A stretch of DNA of 21,434 nucleotides from positions 1 through 21,434 of the forward strand of contig JBEKZX010000025.1 in NCBI GenBank assembly GCA_049509455.1, read 5' to 3'. This stretch comes from Conexivisphaerales archaeon. GTDB lineage: Archaea > Thermoproteota > Nitrososphaeria > Conexivisphaerales > DTJL01. Of the stretch, positions 8,169-16,072 are shown in pieces (within the stretch, counting starts at the first letter, position 1; every line of letters starts with the position of its first letter). A model generated the notes under the pieces. It was not told where the DNA came from, did no database searches, and worked only from the letters and a program-made list of their open reading frames with translations. The position numbers and the translations under genes were made by a program.

Positions 8169-8960
8169 TTGAGCAAAGTCGAAAGAAAGTATGTAGTCCC
8201 AGGCGACGTCATCGCCGAAGGGGACTTCGTTCCGGTTAGCAACGCCTACTCGATAGGGAACAAGATCTATGCGATGCGCGTCGGTCTTTGCGAGCTCGAT
8301 GGAAACAAGGTGAAGGTGATCCCGCTTTCGGGACCTTACGTCCCCAAGCCCGACGACGTCGTAGTCGGAGTCGTTAAGGACGTCTCGGCATTCGCATGGA
8401 CCGTCGACATCAACTCGTTCTTCCCGGCTTTTCTGCCGGCGTCTGGCGTCTACGGCCGAAGGTTTAACGCCGAGAAAGACGACCTGAGAAGCAAGTTCGA
8501 CGTCGGCGAAATCATTATCGCCGTCGTCGCCGCCTTCGACAGGTCCAAGGACCCCATGCTTTCGGTCTCCGGACCGAGGTTGGGGTTGGCTCCTCCCGGC
8601 ATTATCATCAAGATTGAGCCCGTTAAGGTCCCCAGGCTCATCGGGAGGAGGGGAAGCATGAGCAAGATGATCGAAGACGCTTCGGGCTGCAAACTCATTA
8701 TCGGACAGAACGGCTACATAATCGTGACAGGCTCCCCTGAAGGGTGTGCCCTTGCTTCCGACGCCATTCACATGGTGGAGGACTTCGCACACACGTCGGG
8801 GCTGACCGAGAAGATCGAAAGGTTTCTCGCTGAAAGGCTGGGCCTCACGGGAGAGCCCCCGGCGGGCCCGGGGCAAGCCCACGAGCCCGCTGCCGCACCT
8901 GCCGACGCTGCAGGGGCACTTGGGAAGGATAGCGATCAATTGGAGGAGAAAAGAGAATGA
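8169..8960 (+). CDS. rrp4: Exosome cap subunit Rrp4 (S1 + KH)
   Basis: Conserved sequence begins at KYVVPGD; VKVIPLSGPYVPKPDDVVVG, KH motif KVPRLIGRRGSM, IGQNG.I. In-frame TTG at 8169 behind GTGGAG is preferred over the track start 8037, which lies inside SBDS. Confidence 0.95.
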   Translation: MSKVERKYVVPGDVIAEGDFVPVSNAYSIGNKIYAMRVGLCELDGNKVKVIPLSGPYVPKPDDVVVGVVKDVSAFAWTVDINSFFPAFLPASGVYGRRFNAEKDDLRSKFDVGEIIIAVVAAFDRSKDPMLSVSGPRLGLAPPGIIIKIEPVKVPRLIGRRGSMSKMIEDASGCKLIIGQNGYIIVTGSPEGCALASDAIHMVEDFAHTSGLTEKIERFLAERLGLTGEPPAGPGQAHEPAAAPADAAGALGKDSDQLEEKRE

Positions 8961-9685
8961 ACCTGATAGACGAGAACGGGCTGAGAATCGACGGACGGAA
9001 GCTGGACGACCTCAGGCCCGTCAAGATCGAAGTCGGCGTGTTGAAGAACGCCGACGGGTCCGCGTACATAGAGTGGGGGAAGAACAAGATTTTCGCCGCT
9101 GTGCGCGGCCCCAAGGAATGTCACCCTAAGCACATCGCGATGGCCGACAGGGCCGTCCTGAAATGCAGGTATCACATGACGCCGTTCTCCGTCCCCGACA
9201 GGAAGGCTCCGCAGCCCTCCAGGCGTGAGATCGAGCTGTCCAAGGTCATCAGGGAGGCACTTACACCTGCCCTGATACTCGAGGAGTACCCGCGCACCGC
9301 CATCGAGATCTACATCGAAGTGCTGACTTCGGATGGTGGCTCCAGGGCCGCCAGCATCACCGCAGCGGCCGCCGCCCTCGCCGACGCCGGCATCACGATG
9401 AGGGACCTCGTGGTGTCCGTGGCCGCTGGCAAGGCCCAGGACCATCTGATTCTGGATCTCTGTGACGAAGAGGACAAGGAAGGCCAGGTGGACCTTCCGG
9501 TCGCCTACATGCCCAACATGGACCAGGTGACGCTGCTCCAGATGGACGGCTTCCTGACCCGGGAGGAGTTCGAGAAGGCCTTCAACATGGCGAAGGAGGC
9601 GTGTAAGGCCGTGTATAAGATTCAGAGGGAGGCCGTCATCAGCCGTTACTTCGGGGATTCCATCCCGAAGAACAAGGAGGCCTAG
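8957..9685 (+). CDS. rrp41: Exosome RNase PH subunit Rrp41
   Basis: 242 aa; RIDGRKLDDLRPVKI, ADGSA, SRREIELS, DGGSRAASI, LLQMDG; ATGA overlap with rrp4. Confidence 0.97.
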   Translation: MNLIDENGLRIDGRKLDDLRPVKIEVGVLKNADGSAYIEWGKNKIFAAVRGPKECHPKHIAMADRAVLKCRYHMTPFSVPDRKAPQPSRREIELSKVIREALTPALILEEYPRTAIEIYIEVLTSDGGSRAASITAAAAALADAGITMRDLVVSVAAGKAQDHLILDLCDEEDKEGQVDLPVAYMPNMDQVTLLQMDGFLTREEFEKAFNMAKEACKAVYKIQREAVISRYFGDSIPKNKEA

Positions 9686-9688
9686 GAG

Positions 9689-10528
9689 ATGTCTACATCA
9701 TACAGGAAGGCTCTGTTCGTGGACAACCTGCGCCGTGATCAGATCCTCGAGCAGTATTCGCAGGGAAGGAGATCCGACGGACGGGGCTTCAGCGACTACC
9801 GCACGCTGAACATCCAGGTGGGCACGATGATCAAGGCCAACGGGTCAGCCACGGTGGACCTGGGTGACACCAGGGTTGTAGCCGGAGTCAAGGTGGCAGT
9901 AGGGACACCGTTCCCCGACACGCCCGACGAAGGCCTCCTGATGGTGGGAGCGGAGGTGCTCCCCATCGCGTCGGCGTTCGCCGAGCCGGGCCCGCCGGAT
10001 GAGGACTCGATTGAGCTGGCTCGTGTCGTGGACCGCGGCGTCCGCGAGTCGCACATGGTCGACATGCACGAGATGGTGATAGAGGAGGGGAAGAAGGTCT
10101 ACTCGGTTTTCGTCGACGTCGCGATCGTTAACGTGGACGGCAACCTTCTCGATGCCACTTCCTATGCCGTCGTTTCGGCCCTGGCTAGCGCCAAGTACAA
10201 GAAGATGACGCTTAAGGAAGACCAGGTTGTCGAGCTTGAGGAGATGGCATCGCTACCAGTACAGACCATCCCCGTCTCTATAACTACGTCGAAGGTCGCC
10301 GACTTCCTGCTCATAGACCCGACGGTGGAAGAAGAGGCCATCCAGGAGGCGCGGATAACGTTCGCCATCGCCGACGGCCAGGTCTGTGCCGCCCAGAAGG
10401 GCGGCCAGGGCAGCTTCTCTCCACAGCAAATCTTAAAGGCGCTGGATGGGGCACTGTTGAAGTCCAAGGAGATAGAGGCAAGGATCAGGGAGGTAGTGGG
10501 TAGTGCCAAAGAAGGATCGGGCCCTTAG
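9689..10528 (+). CDS. rrp42: Exosome RNase PH subunit Rrp42
   Basis: 279 aa; RSDGRGFSDYR, ANGSA.V.LGDT, PFPDTPDEG, GPPDEDSIELARVVDRGVRES, DGNLLDA. Confidence 0.97.
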   Translation: MSTSYRKALFVDNLRRDQILEQYSQGRRSDGRGFSDYRTLNIQVGTMIKANGSATVDLGDTRVVAGVKVAVGTPFPDTPDEGLLMVGAEVLPIASAFAEPGPPDEDSIELARVVDRGVRESHMVDMHEMVIEEGKKVYSVFVDVAIVNVDGNLLDATSYAVVSALASAKYKKMTLKEDQVVELEEMASLPVQTIPVSITTSKVADFLLIDPTVEEEAIQEARITFAIADGQVCAAQKGGQGSFSPQQILKALDGALLKSKEIEARIREVVGSAKEGSGP

Positions 10529-10712
10529 AGGCCTGGGGCAGAAGTACGGGGCGACCGTCAGAAAGAGGTACAGCCGAGTACACAGGCTGCTCAAGGCAAA
10601 GAGGAATTGTCCCAGCTGTGGCTCCTTGAAGTTCCGCCGCTCTGCCGCCGGAGTGTGGGTATGCGGGAAGTGCGGGTTCAAGGCCGCCGGCGGCGCATAT
10701 TCCTTTGAATAG
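10503..10712 (+). CDS. rpl37ae: 50S ribosomal protein L37Ae (eL43)
   Basis: 69 aa; G.KYGATVRK, CPSC...GVWVCGKCG...GGAY Zn ribbon; GTG start, overlaps rrp42 by 26 nt. Confidence 0.96.
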   Translation: MPKKDRALRGLGQKYGATVRKRYSRVHRLLKAKRNCPSCGSLKFRRSAAGVWVCGKCGFKAAGGAYSFE

Positions 10713-10953
10713 AGCCCGTGTGGAGATCGAAGTGGAGGTCAACGGGGCCGAGGCGAAGGCGCTTCTAGAAGCCCTCCGTCCCGAGTCTCGGCACGGCAAC
10801 GCTCTCTTCCAAATTTCGGTCGCAGAGAAGGGGCTCGTCTTGAAGGTCACTGGAAGGTCGATCAGCGACGCCCGGGCCTTCACGAATTCGATTCTAAGAC
10901 TTTTAAAGGCAGCCATGGAGAGCATTCAGGCGGTAGATCAAAGTGGGCGCTGA
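10705..10953 (+). CDS. pcc1: KEOPS complex subunit Pcc1
   Basis: 82 aa; ALLEALRPE and DARAFTNSILRLLKAA motifs; conserved position before pfdB. Confidence 0.85.
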   Translation: MNRARVEIEVEVNGAEAKALLEALRPESRHGNALFQISVAEKGLVLKVTGRSISDARAFTNSILRLLKAAMESIQAVDQSGR

Positions 10954-11308
10954 ACTCCCTCCATGGCTCAAGGAGCAGCTGGCTCGGTATGACCAGCTGC
11001 AGCAGAACCTTCAGGCGGTCGTAAACCAGAAGCAGCTTCTGGAGGCGGAGAAGTCCGAAGCCGACCGAGCCACCGAAGAGCTCAAGAAGGCAGCTTCCGA
11101 CGCAGTGGTATACAAGAACGCTGGATCGGTGCTGGTTAGGGCCAACAAGGACGATCTCTTGAAGGAGCTGGAGGAGAAGACGGACCTCACCAACACTAGG
11201 ATCTTGGTGCTAGCAAAGCAAGAGGAGCGGATACGCTCCAACCTGCAAGAAGTGCAGAACAAGGTCAACGAAGCTTTAAAGAGCAAGCAAGAGACCCCTG
11301 CAAACTGA
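10943..11308 (+). CDS. pfdB: Prefoldin subunit beta
   Basis: 121 aa; LPPWLKEQL, two coiled coils around the beta-hairpin VYKNAGSVLV. Confidence 0.95.
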   Translation: MGAELPPWLKEQLARYDQLQQNLQAVVNQKQLLEAEKSEADRATEELKKAASDAVVYKNAGSVLVRANKDDLLKELEEKTDLTNTRILVLAKQEERIRSNLQEVQNKVNEALKSKQETPAN

Positions 11309-11311
11309 ACG

Positions 11312-12322
11312 TTGAAGGTTTCTCCCGACAGGAACCCGCTTAGGCGGCTAGCGGAAGCGCGAAGGATCCTCGTCGTGGCCCACAGGAACGCCGACGTGGA
11401 CGCCGTGGCATCGGCGGTGGCTATAAAGCGCCTCGCGGCCGCATCCGGTCCGAGCAAGCACGTCACCCTCGTGGCGCCCGAGGGCGTGACCCTGCAGTCG
11501 AAGAAGGTCCTGGGGGTCCTAAAGGCCAACTTCCTTGAAGAGATACCCAGCCATCGTTACGACCTGGTGATCATCACCGACACCGGTCACTCTTCTCTGC
11601 TGAGCGCCCAGACCGACATGATTGAGTCGATAGATTCCTACAAGGTCCTGATAGACCATCACCCCCCCGACGAAAGCATGAGGAGAATCGTGGACTCGGC
11701 AGTGATCGACACACACGCATCTTCAGCCAGCGAAGTCGTCTTCCAACTTGCCGAGAGCGCCTCCATCAAGGTGAGCAGGGAAACGGCGAAGGCCCTCCTC
11801 CTTGGCATCATGGCGGATTCTCAGTTCCTTACTATAGCCTCCAACCGGACCATCTCCTCCGTGGACCGCCTCTGCGCCCTTGGGGCAGACGTGGAGAAAG
11901 CTAGAAGCGTCCTTCGCATCCGAAGGGACGCCTCCGAATCTATAGCCAGGATCAAGGCCTCCAAGAGGGCCGCCTACTACAGGGCAGGCGAATGGATTGT
12001 GGCGGTCACGACGGTGGGCTCCTTCCAGGCCTCCGTGGCACGTGCCCTGATCGACGTGGGGGCCGACCTCGCCATGGCCCTGGGCGAGGTGGGGGAGGAA
12101 ACGAGGGCGAGCCTCCGAGCTACGCAGATATTCAAGGAGAAGTCGGGCCTCCACCTCGGCACAGACATATGCAAGGCCTTCTCCGAGCGCCTCGGCGGTG
12201 CCGGAGGCGGGCACCCGACGGCGGCCTCCATGAACGTCCCCGCGAAGCCCGACGTCGTCACGAAGATGTTCAAGGAGACGCTCGAGGGCAAGCTGGGCCT
12301 TCCCCTGAAAGAGCTGAGCTGA
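11312..12322 (+). CDS. DHH/DHHA1 family phosphoesterase (NrnA-like)
   Basis: 336 aa; HRNADVDA (DxD), ITDT, IDHH, GIMADS, GGGHPTAA motifs; 3 nt after the pfdB stop. Confidence 0.92.
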   Translation: MKVSPDRNPLRRLAEARRILVVAHRNADVDAVASAVAIKRLAAASGPSKHVTLVAPEGVTLQSKKVLGVLKANFLEEIPSHRYDLVIITDTGHSSLLSAQTDMIESIDSYKVLIDHHPPDESMRRIVDSAVIDTHASSASEVVFQLAESASIKVSRETAKALLLGIMADSQFLTIASNRTISSVDRLCALGADVEKARSVLRIRRDASESIARIKASKRAAYYRAGEWIVAVTTVGSFQASVARALIDVGADLAMALGEVGEETRASLRATQIFKEKSGLHLGTDICKAFSERLGGAGGGHPTAASMNVPAKPDVVTKMFKETLEGKLGLPLKELS

Positions 12323-12335
12323 CCTCCCACAACAG

Positions 12336-12343
12336 TTTAATAA
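12336..12343 (+). promoter_or_regulatory. TATA box for the ECF operon
   Basis: TTTAATAA in the gap after the DHH gene, about 40 nt before the ecfA coding start region. Confidence 0.5.
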
Positions 12344-12383
12344 GCTACTCAAAGCCTTTCACCTTTCGCCAAGGTGTTGGGCG

Positions 12384-13232
12384 ACGGCCGACGAGATTCT
12401 GAAATTCGAAGACTTCTCGTTCAAATACGCGGGCATGGACGTCCCCACCCTCCAGAACGTCTCATTGTCGATCCGGAAGGGGGAGATCGCGGTGCTAGCT
12501 GGGGCTAGCGGCAGCGGCAAGACCACCTTACTCCGCTGCACCAACGGACTGATCCCGCACATCTACCCTGGGGAATACGCCGGAAGGGTGGTGGTCGACG
12601 GCCTCGTCGCCCAGGAGACTCCGACATATGAGCTGGCGAAGAAGATAGGCTTCCTCTTTCAGAACCCTGAGAACCAGATCTTCATGTTCACCGTGGAGCG
12701 CGACATAGCTTTCGGCCTAGAGAACCTCGGAGTGGAGCGCCCAGAGATGGTTAGGAGGGTCGACGAATCACTCCGCCTCCTCAACATAGAGGATCTGCGC
12801 AACCGCTCGCCCAGCGAGCTCTCAGATGGCCAGAAGCAGAGGGTGGCCATCGCCGGCGCGCTGGCCATGGGGCCCGAGCTGCTCATCTTGGACGAGCCCA
12901 CTTCGCTCCTTGACCCCAGGACGGCAAACGATGTCGTCGCCCTGGTGAAGGAACTGAACGCCAAGCTGGGCCTGAGCGTCCTCCTGGTGGAGCACAGGCT
13001 GGAGCTGGTGGCTCCCGTCGCAGATCAGCTCATCGTCCTTTCAGGAGGGAAGGTCTGGAAGCAAGGTCCTCCAGCGGAAGTGCTGTCATCCGAGGGGATA
13101 GACGAAATCGGGTTCTCTCCGCCCACGGTCGTGGAGCTCCAACGGCGGCTCCGCTCGCTCGGGCGCTGGCCTGGGAAGATCGACCTGAGCGTGGACGCCT
13201 TCTATTCGGAGGCGAGGAAGATCTGGCGATAA
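12384..13232 (+). CDS. ecfA1: ECF transporter ATPase component A (start uncertain)
   Basis: Walker A GASGSGKTT, FQNPENQ Q-loop, signature variant LSDGQKQR, Walker B LILDEP, VEH. The family-like first strand EILKFEDFSFKY lies upstream of the track ATG 12435; no in-frame ATG/GTG/TTG precedes it (see findings). Confidence 0.9.
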   Translation, partial: TADEILKFEDFSFKYAGMDVPTLQNVSLSIRKGEIAVLAGASGSGKTTLLRCTNGLIPHIYPGEYAGRVVVDGLVAQETPTYELAKKIGFLFQNPENQIFMFTVERDIAFGLENLGVERPEMVRRVDESLRLLNIEDLRNRSPSELSDGQKQRVAIAGALAMGPELLILDEPTSLLDPRTANDVVALVKELNAKLGLSVLLVEHRLELVAPVADQLIVLSGGKVWKQGPPAEVLSSEGIDEIGFSPPTVVELQRRLRSLGRWPGKIDLSVDAFYSEARKIWR

Positions 13233-14026
13233 TCGAGCTCAGGAACGTAAGGTTCAAGCAGCCCAACGGCGTAGTCGCCCTGGACGACGTAAGCCTGGAC
13301 ATCGACACGGGAGAGGTCCTGGCCATCGTAGGAGGGAACGGCGCCGGGAAGACGACGCTGCTGAAGCACCTGAACGGCCTCCTCAAGCCGAACTCAGGCT
13401 CTGTCAAGGTCTTCGGCGAGGAGACTAAGAAACGTAGCATCGCCGAACTGTCGCGGAAGATTGGCCTGGTCTTCCAGAACTCCGACCACCAGCTCTTCTC
13501 GGAAACGGCCGAGGCTGAGGTGCTCTTCGGACTCAGGAACTTCGGCTTCTCCGAGGAGGACGCGGTCCGGCGCGCCGGCGAGGTCTTCAGCTACTTCGGG
13601 ATGGACTCGCTGAAGCAGAGGGTCCCCCTCACCCTCAGCGGTGGTGAGAAGAAGCGTCTCTGCATCGCCGCCGTCATGGCCTGGAATCCAGATGTGCTTG
13701 TGCTGGACGAGCCCACCGTCGGCCAGGACTTCCCCAGCAAGAATCGCATCTTCGGCACCATCAGGCAGCTGGTGAAGGATGGAAAGACCGTAATTGTGGT
13801 CTCCCATGACCTTGAGTTCCTGTGGCCCCTCGGCGCCAGGACGGTCGTGATGATGGGAGGGAAGGTCGTCGCCGACGGGGACGCGCAGGAGGTCTTCTCC
13901 GACTCCCCTCTCCTTGAAAGGGCGGGCCTCAGGCAGCCCCAGCTCGTCACGATTTCGAAGCTGTTCGGAAGGACCCCCGCCTTCAGGGACGTCGCCGAGG
14001 CAGCCGGTTGGCTGTCGGAGAGGTGA
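13223..14026 (+). CDS. ecfA2: ECF transporter ATPase component A' (probable CTG start)
   Basis: The frame of track ORF 13520..14026 is open back to CTG 13223: (M)AIIELRNVRF...GGNGAGKTT (Walker A)...FQNSDHQLF...LSGGEKKR...VLDEPT...SHD. GGAGG/GAGG upstream. Confidence 0.9.
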   Translation: MAIIELRNVRFKQPNGVVALDDVSLDIDTGEVLAIVGGNGAGKTTLLKHLNGLLKPNSGSVKVFGEETKKRSIAELSRKIGLVFQNSDHQLFSETAEAEVLFGLRNFGFSEEDAVRRAGEVFSYFGMDSLKQRVPLTLSGGEKKRLCIAAVMAWNPDVLVLDEPTVGQDFPSKNRIFGTIRQLVKDGKTVIVVSHDLEFLWPLGARTVVMMGGKVVADGDAQEVFSDSPLLERAGLRQPQLVTISKLFGRTPAFRDVAEAAGWLSER

Positions 14027-14766
14027 AGCCCTTGGCCCGCGTCTTGGCTGATGGTCTCAGGTTCAGGCACCAGGATACCATCATACACAAGCTCGACCCC
14101 CGAATCAAGCTGCTGATTTCAATCGCGCTCTTCTCCATCGCCCTCCTGAGCTCCAACCCCCTAGAGCTGGTCGTGACATTCGCCTCCATATTCATCCCTG
14201 CGGCTCTGGCCAGGTCACTGAAGAGGCTGGGGAAGGTGATGACCGTCTCCCTTACCTTCGCCGCGTTCATCTTCATCGTCAACCTGGTGGAAGGCCTGTC
14301 GTTGGTCCGGAACGCGACGCTGACGTTTAGGTTCATGGCCATAGTTGCGGCCACCTCCCTCTTCTTCGTGACCACCTCCCCCGACGAACTGGAGTACGTA
14401 ATGAGGTGGTTCAGGCTTCCAAGGGACTTCGTTTTCGCCTTTGTCACAGCGGTCAGGTTCGTCCCAGTGCTCATGCTCGATCTGACCCAGATAATCGACG
14501 CCCAGAAATCGAGGGGGCTGGAGCTGGACAGGGGAGGGCCGGTAAAGCGGCTCCGCAACCTCATCCCTGTGCTTGTCCCCCTGATCGTCAACGCCCTGGT
14601 GCGAAGCGGTGAGCTGGCGGAGGCCATGGAGTCCCGGGGCTATGGCGCCGTCAAGAAGCCCACCTCACTATACGCGCTGCGGCTGGCCTCCCGCGACTAC
14701 GTCGCCCTGCTGGTCGCAGTGTCCCTGTGGGCGGGCATACTTCTGTCCTTCAGGACGGTGATATAG
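14023..14766 (+). CDS. ecfT: ECF transporter transmembrane component T
   Basis: HKLDPRIKL, several TM helices, RFVP, AQKSRG and AMESRGY motifs. Start could be TTG 14008, GTG 14023 (GTGA overlap with the ecfA2 stop) or TTG 14032. Confidence 0.94.
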   Translation: MKPLARVLADGLRFRHQDTIIHKLDPRIKLLISIALFSIALLSSNPLELVVTFASIFIPAALARSLKRLGKVMTVSLTFAAFIFIVNLVEGLSLVRNATLTFRFMAIVAATSLFFVTTSPDELEYVMRWFRLPRDFVFAFVTAVRFVPVLMLDLTQIIDAQKSRGLELDRGGPVKRLRNLIPVLVPLIVNALVRSGELAEAMESRGYGAVKKPTSLYALRLASRDYVALLVAVSLWAGILLSFRTVI

Positions 14767-15125
14767 TGGTGGGCGACATCAGGATCGCGCTTGATACTTG
14801 GGTGAACCTGCCCAGGCTAGGGAAGGAGGCCTTCAAGGAGCTGATGAAGGCCGGGGTGGAATACACGACAGGGAAGGGCTTCTTCATCCAGTCAGGCATC
14901 GACCTACAGTCGGCCAAACGGGTCATATCCGCTGCCGTGGGCGGGAACGTCTACTTCCTCTTCAGGTGTTATGTATGCGGAAGCGAAGCGTCGTGCGGCG
15001 ACTGCTCCTACAGGGACATCTGTTCGGTGGAAAACGTCGGAGGGAAATGCGTCTGCCTGAAGTGTTCCCAGGACGCGTTGGACTCGTATCGGACGAAGTG
15101 GGAGTCTTCTCTACGAAGGCCCTAA
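14766..15125 (+). CDS. Uncharacterised 119-aa protein with C-terminal 8-Cys putative metal-binding domain
   Basis: GTG overlapping the ecfT TAG; C-x2-C-x5-C-x2-C-x5-C-x8-C-x-C-x2-C; no TM segment. Confidence 0.75.
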   Translation: MVGDIRIALDTWVNLPRLGKEAFKELMKAGVEYTTGKGFFIQSGIDLQSAKRVISAAVGGNVYFLFRCYVCGSEASCGDCSYRDICSVENVGGKCVCLKCSQDALDSYRTKWESSLRRP

Positions 15126-15638
15126 CAGCGCCTTCAGGTGAGGGAGGATTTCGAGGGCTATCTCCATGCCCAGCTCGCAGCCGTCAGGTGACCCCGGGAG
15201 GCAGAAGACGGCTACGCCGTCGACGGTCCCGGCCAGCGCCCTGCTGAGGACGGAAGCGGCCCCTACCTTCTCGCTGCTCCTCTGACGGAAGAGCTCGCCG
15301 AAACCGGGAAGCTCCTTCTTCAGCATGGGCTCCACCGCCTCCGGGGTGACGTCCGCCGAGGAAGCGCCCGTCCCGCCGATAAAGATTAGCGCGTCGACAA
15401 GGGTGGTTGCCAGGCCTTCCGTGAAGGCCATGCGTATGTCGGTCATGTCGTCGCCTACGAGCCTTCTGAAGGTCACGCGGAACCCGTGCTCCCCGACCAT
15501 GGCGCAGGCCCTGTCACCGGATTCGTCCTCGATGTCTCTCCCGTCCTTTGCGGCTGCGGTACGGGAAGAGCTGACGGTTATGATTCCCAGCCGCAGGTCC
15601 TTCCTGTCGCGCCGGTAGTCCTCCGACAAGGGGCTCAT
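15111..15638 (-). CDS. moaB: Molybdopterin adenylyltransferase MoaB/MogA family
   Basis: 175 aa from ATG 15638 (ATGA overlap with the moaC stop); IITVSSSR, DESG, VGDD, GGTG...DVTPEA, LPGFGELFR, SRALAG, LPGSP. Track start 15881 lies inside moaC. Confidence 0.93.
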   Translation of the reverse strand: MSPLSEDYRRDRKDLRLGIITVSSSRTAAAKDGRDIEDESGDRACAMVGEHGFRVTFRRLVGDDMTDIRMAFTEGLATTLVDALIFIGGTGASSADVTPEAVEPMLKKELPGFGELFRQRSSEKVGAASVLSRALAGTVDGVAVFCLPGSPDGCELGMEIALEILPHLKALLGPS

Positions 15639-16072
15639 GCCTTCTTCACCTTGCGCACGACGTGGATGTCCTGGATCGCCGTGGACGGATACTGACCCTG
15701 CGCATCCTTCTCGTACTTCTTGGTGACGTCCCACACGTTTAGGAGGCCCATGGCGACCGCCGTAAGGGCCTCCATCTCGACGCCCGTCTTCGCCTGGGCG
15801 ATGACGTGGCTGGTGACCCTGACGCCTTCTTCTTCGACGCCGACGAGCACCTCCACCGACTCGATGGGGATCGGATGGCACAGCATGAGGATGTCGGAGG
15901 TGCGCTTGGCGGCGGTGATCGCTCCAATCTTCGCAATCTCTTCCGCGTCCCCCTTCTCCAGGCCCTTCTCTCTAATGACCTTCAAGGTTCGGCTGTTGAG
16001 CTTGATGAAACCTTCGGCGACGGCCTCCCTCCGGATCACGGGCTTGGAAGACACATCTACCATCCTAGCCAC
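15635..16072 (-). CDS. moaC: Cyclic pyranopterin monophosphate synthase MoaC
   Basis: 145 aa; MVDVSSK, KGD, AAKRT, LCHPI, KTGVEMEAL, VWDVTK; SD GGAGG and TATA TTTTAA (16107-16112, - strand). Confidence 0.96.
   Translation of the reverse strand: MARMVDVSSKPVIRREAVAEGFIKLNSRTLKVIREKGLEKGDAEEIAKIGAITAAKRTSDILMLCHPIPIESVEVLVGVEEEGVRVTSHVIAQAKTGVEMEALTAVAMGLLNVWDVTKKYEKDAQGQYPSTAIQDIHVVRKVKKA

Noticed and set aside
15639-15881. N-terminal extension of MoaB in the track
   Set aside because: Lies inside moaC in another frame; the ATGA-coupled ATG at 15638 gives a normal-length MoaB.
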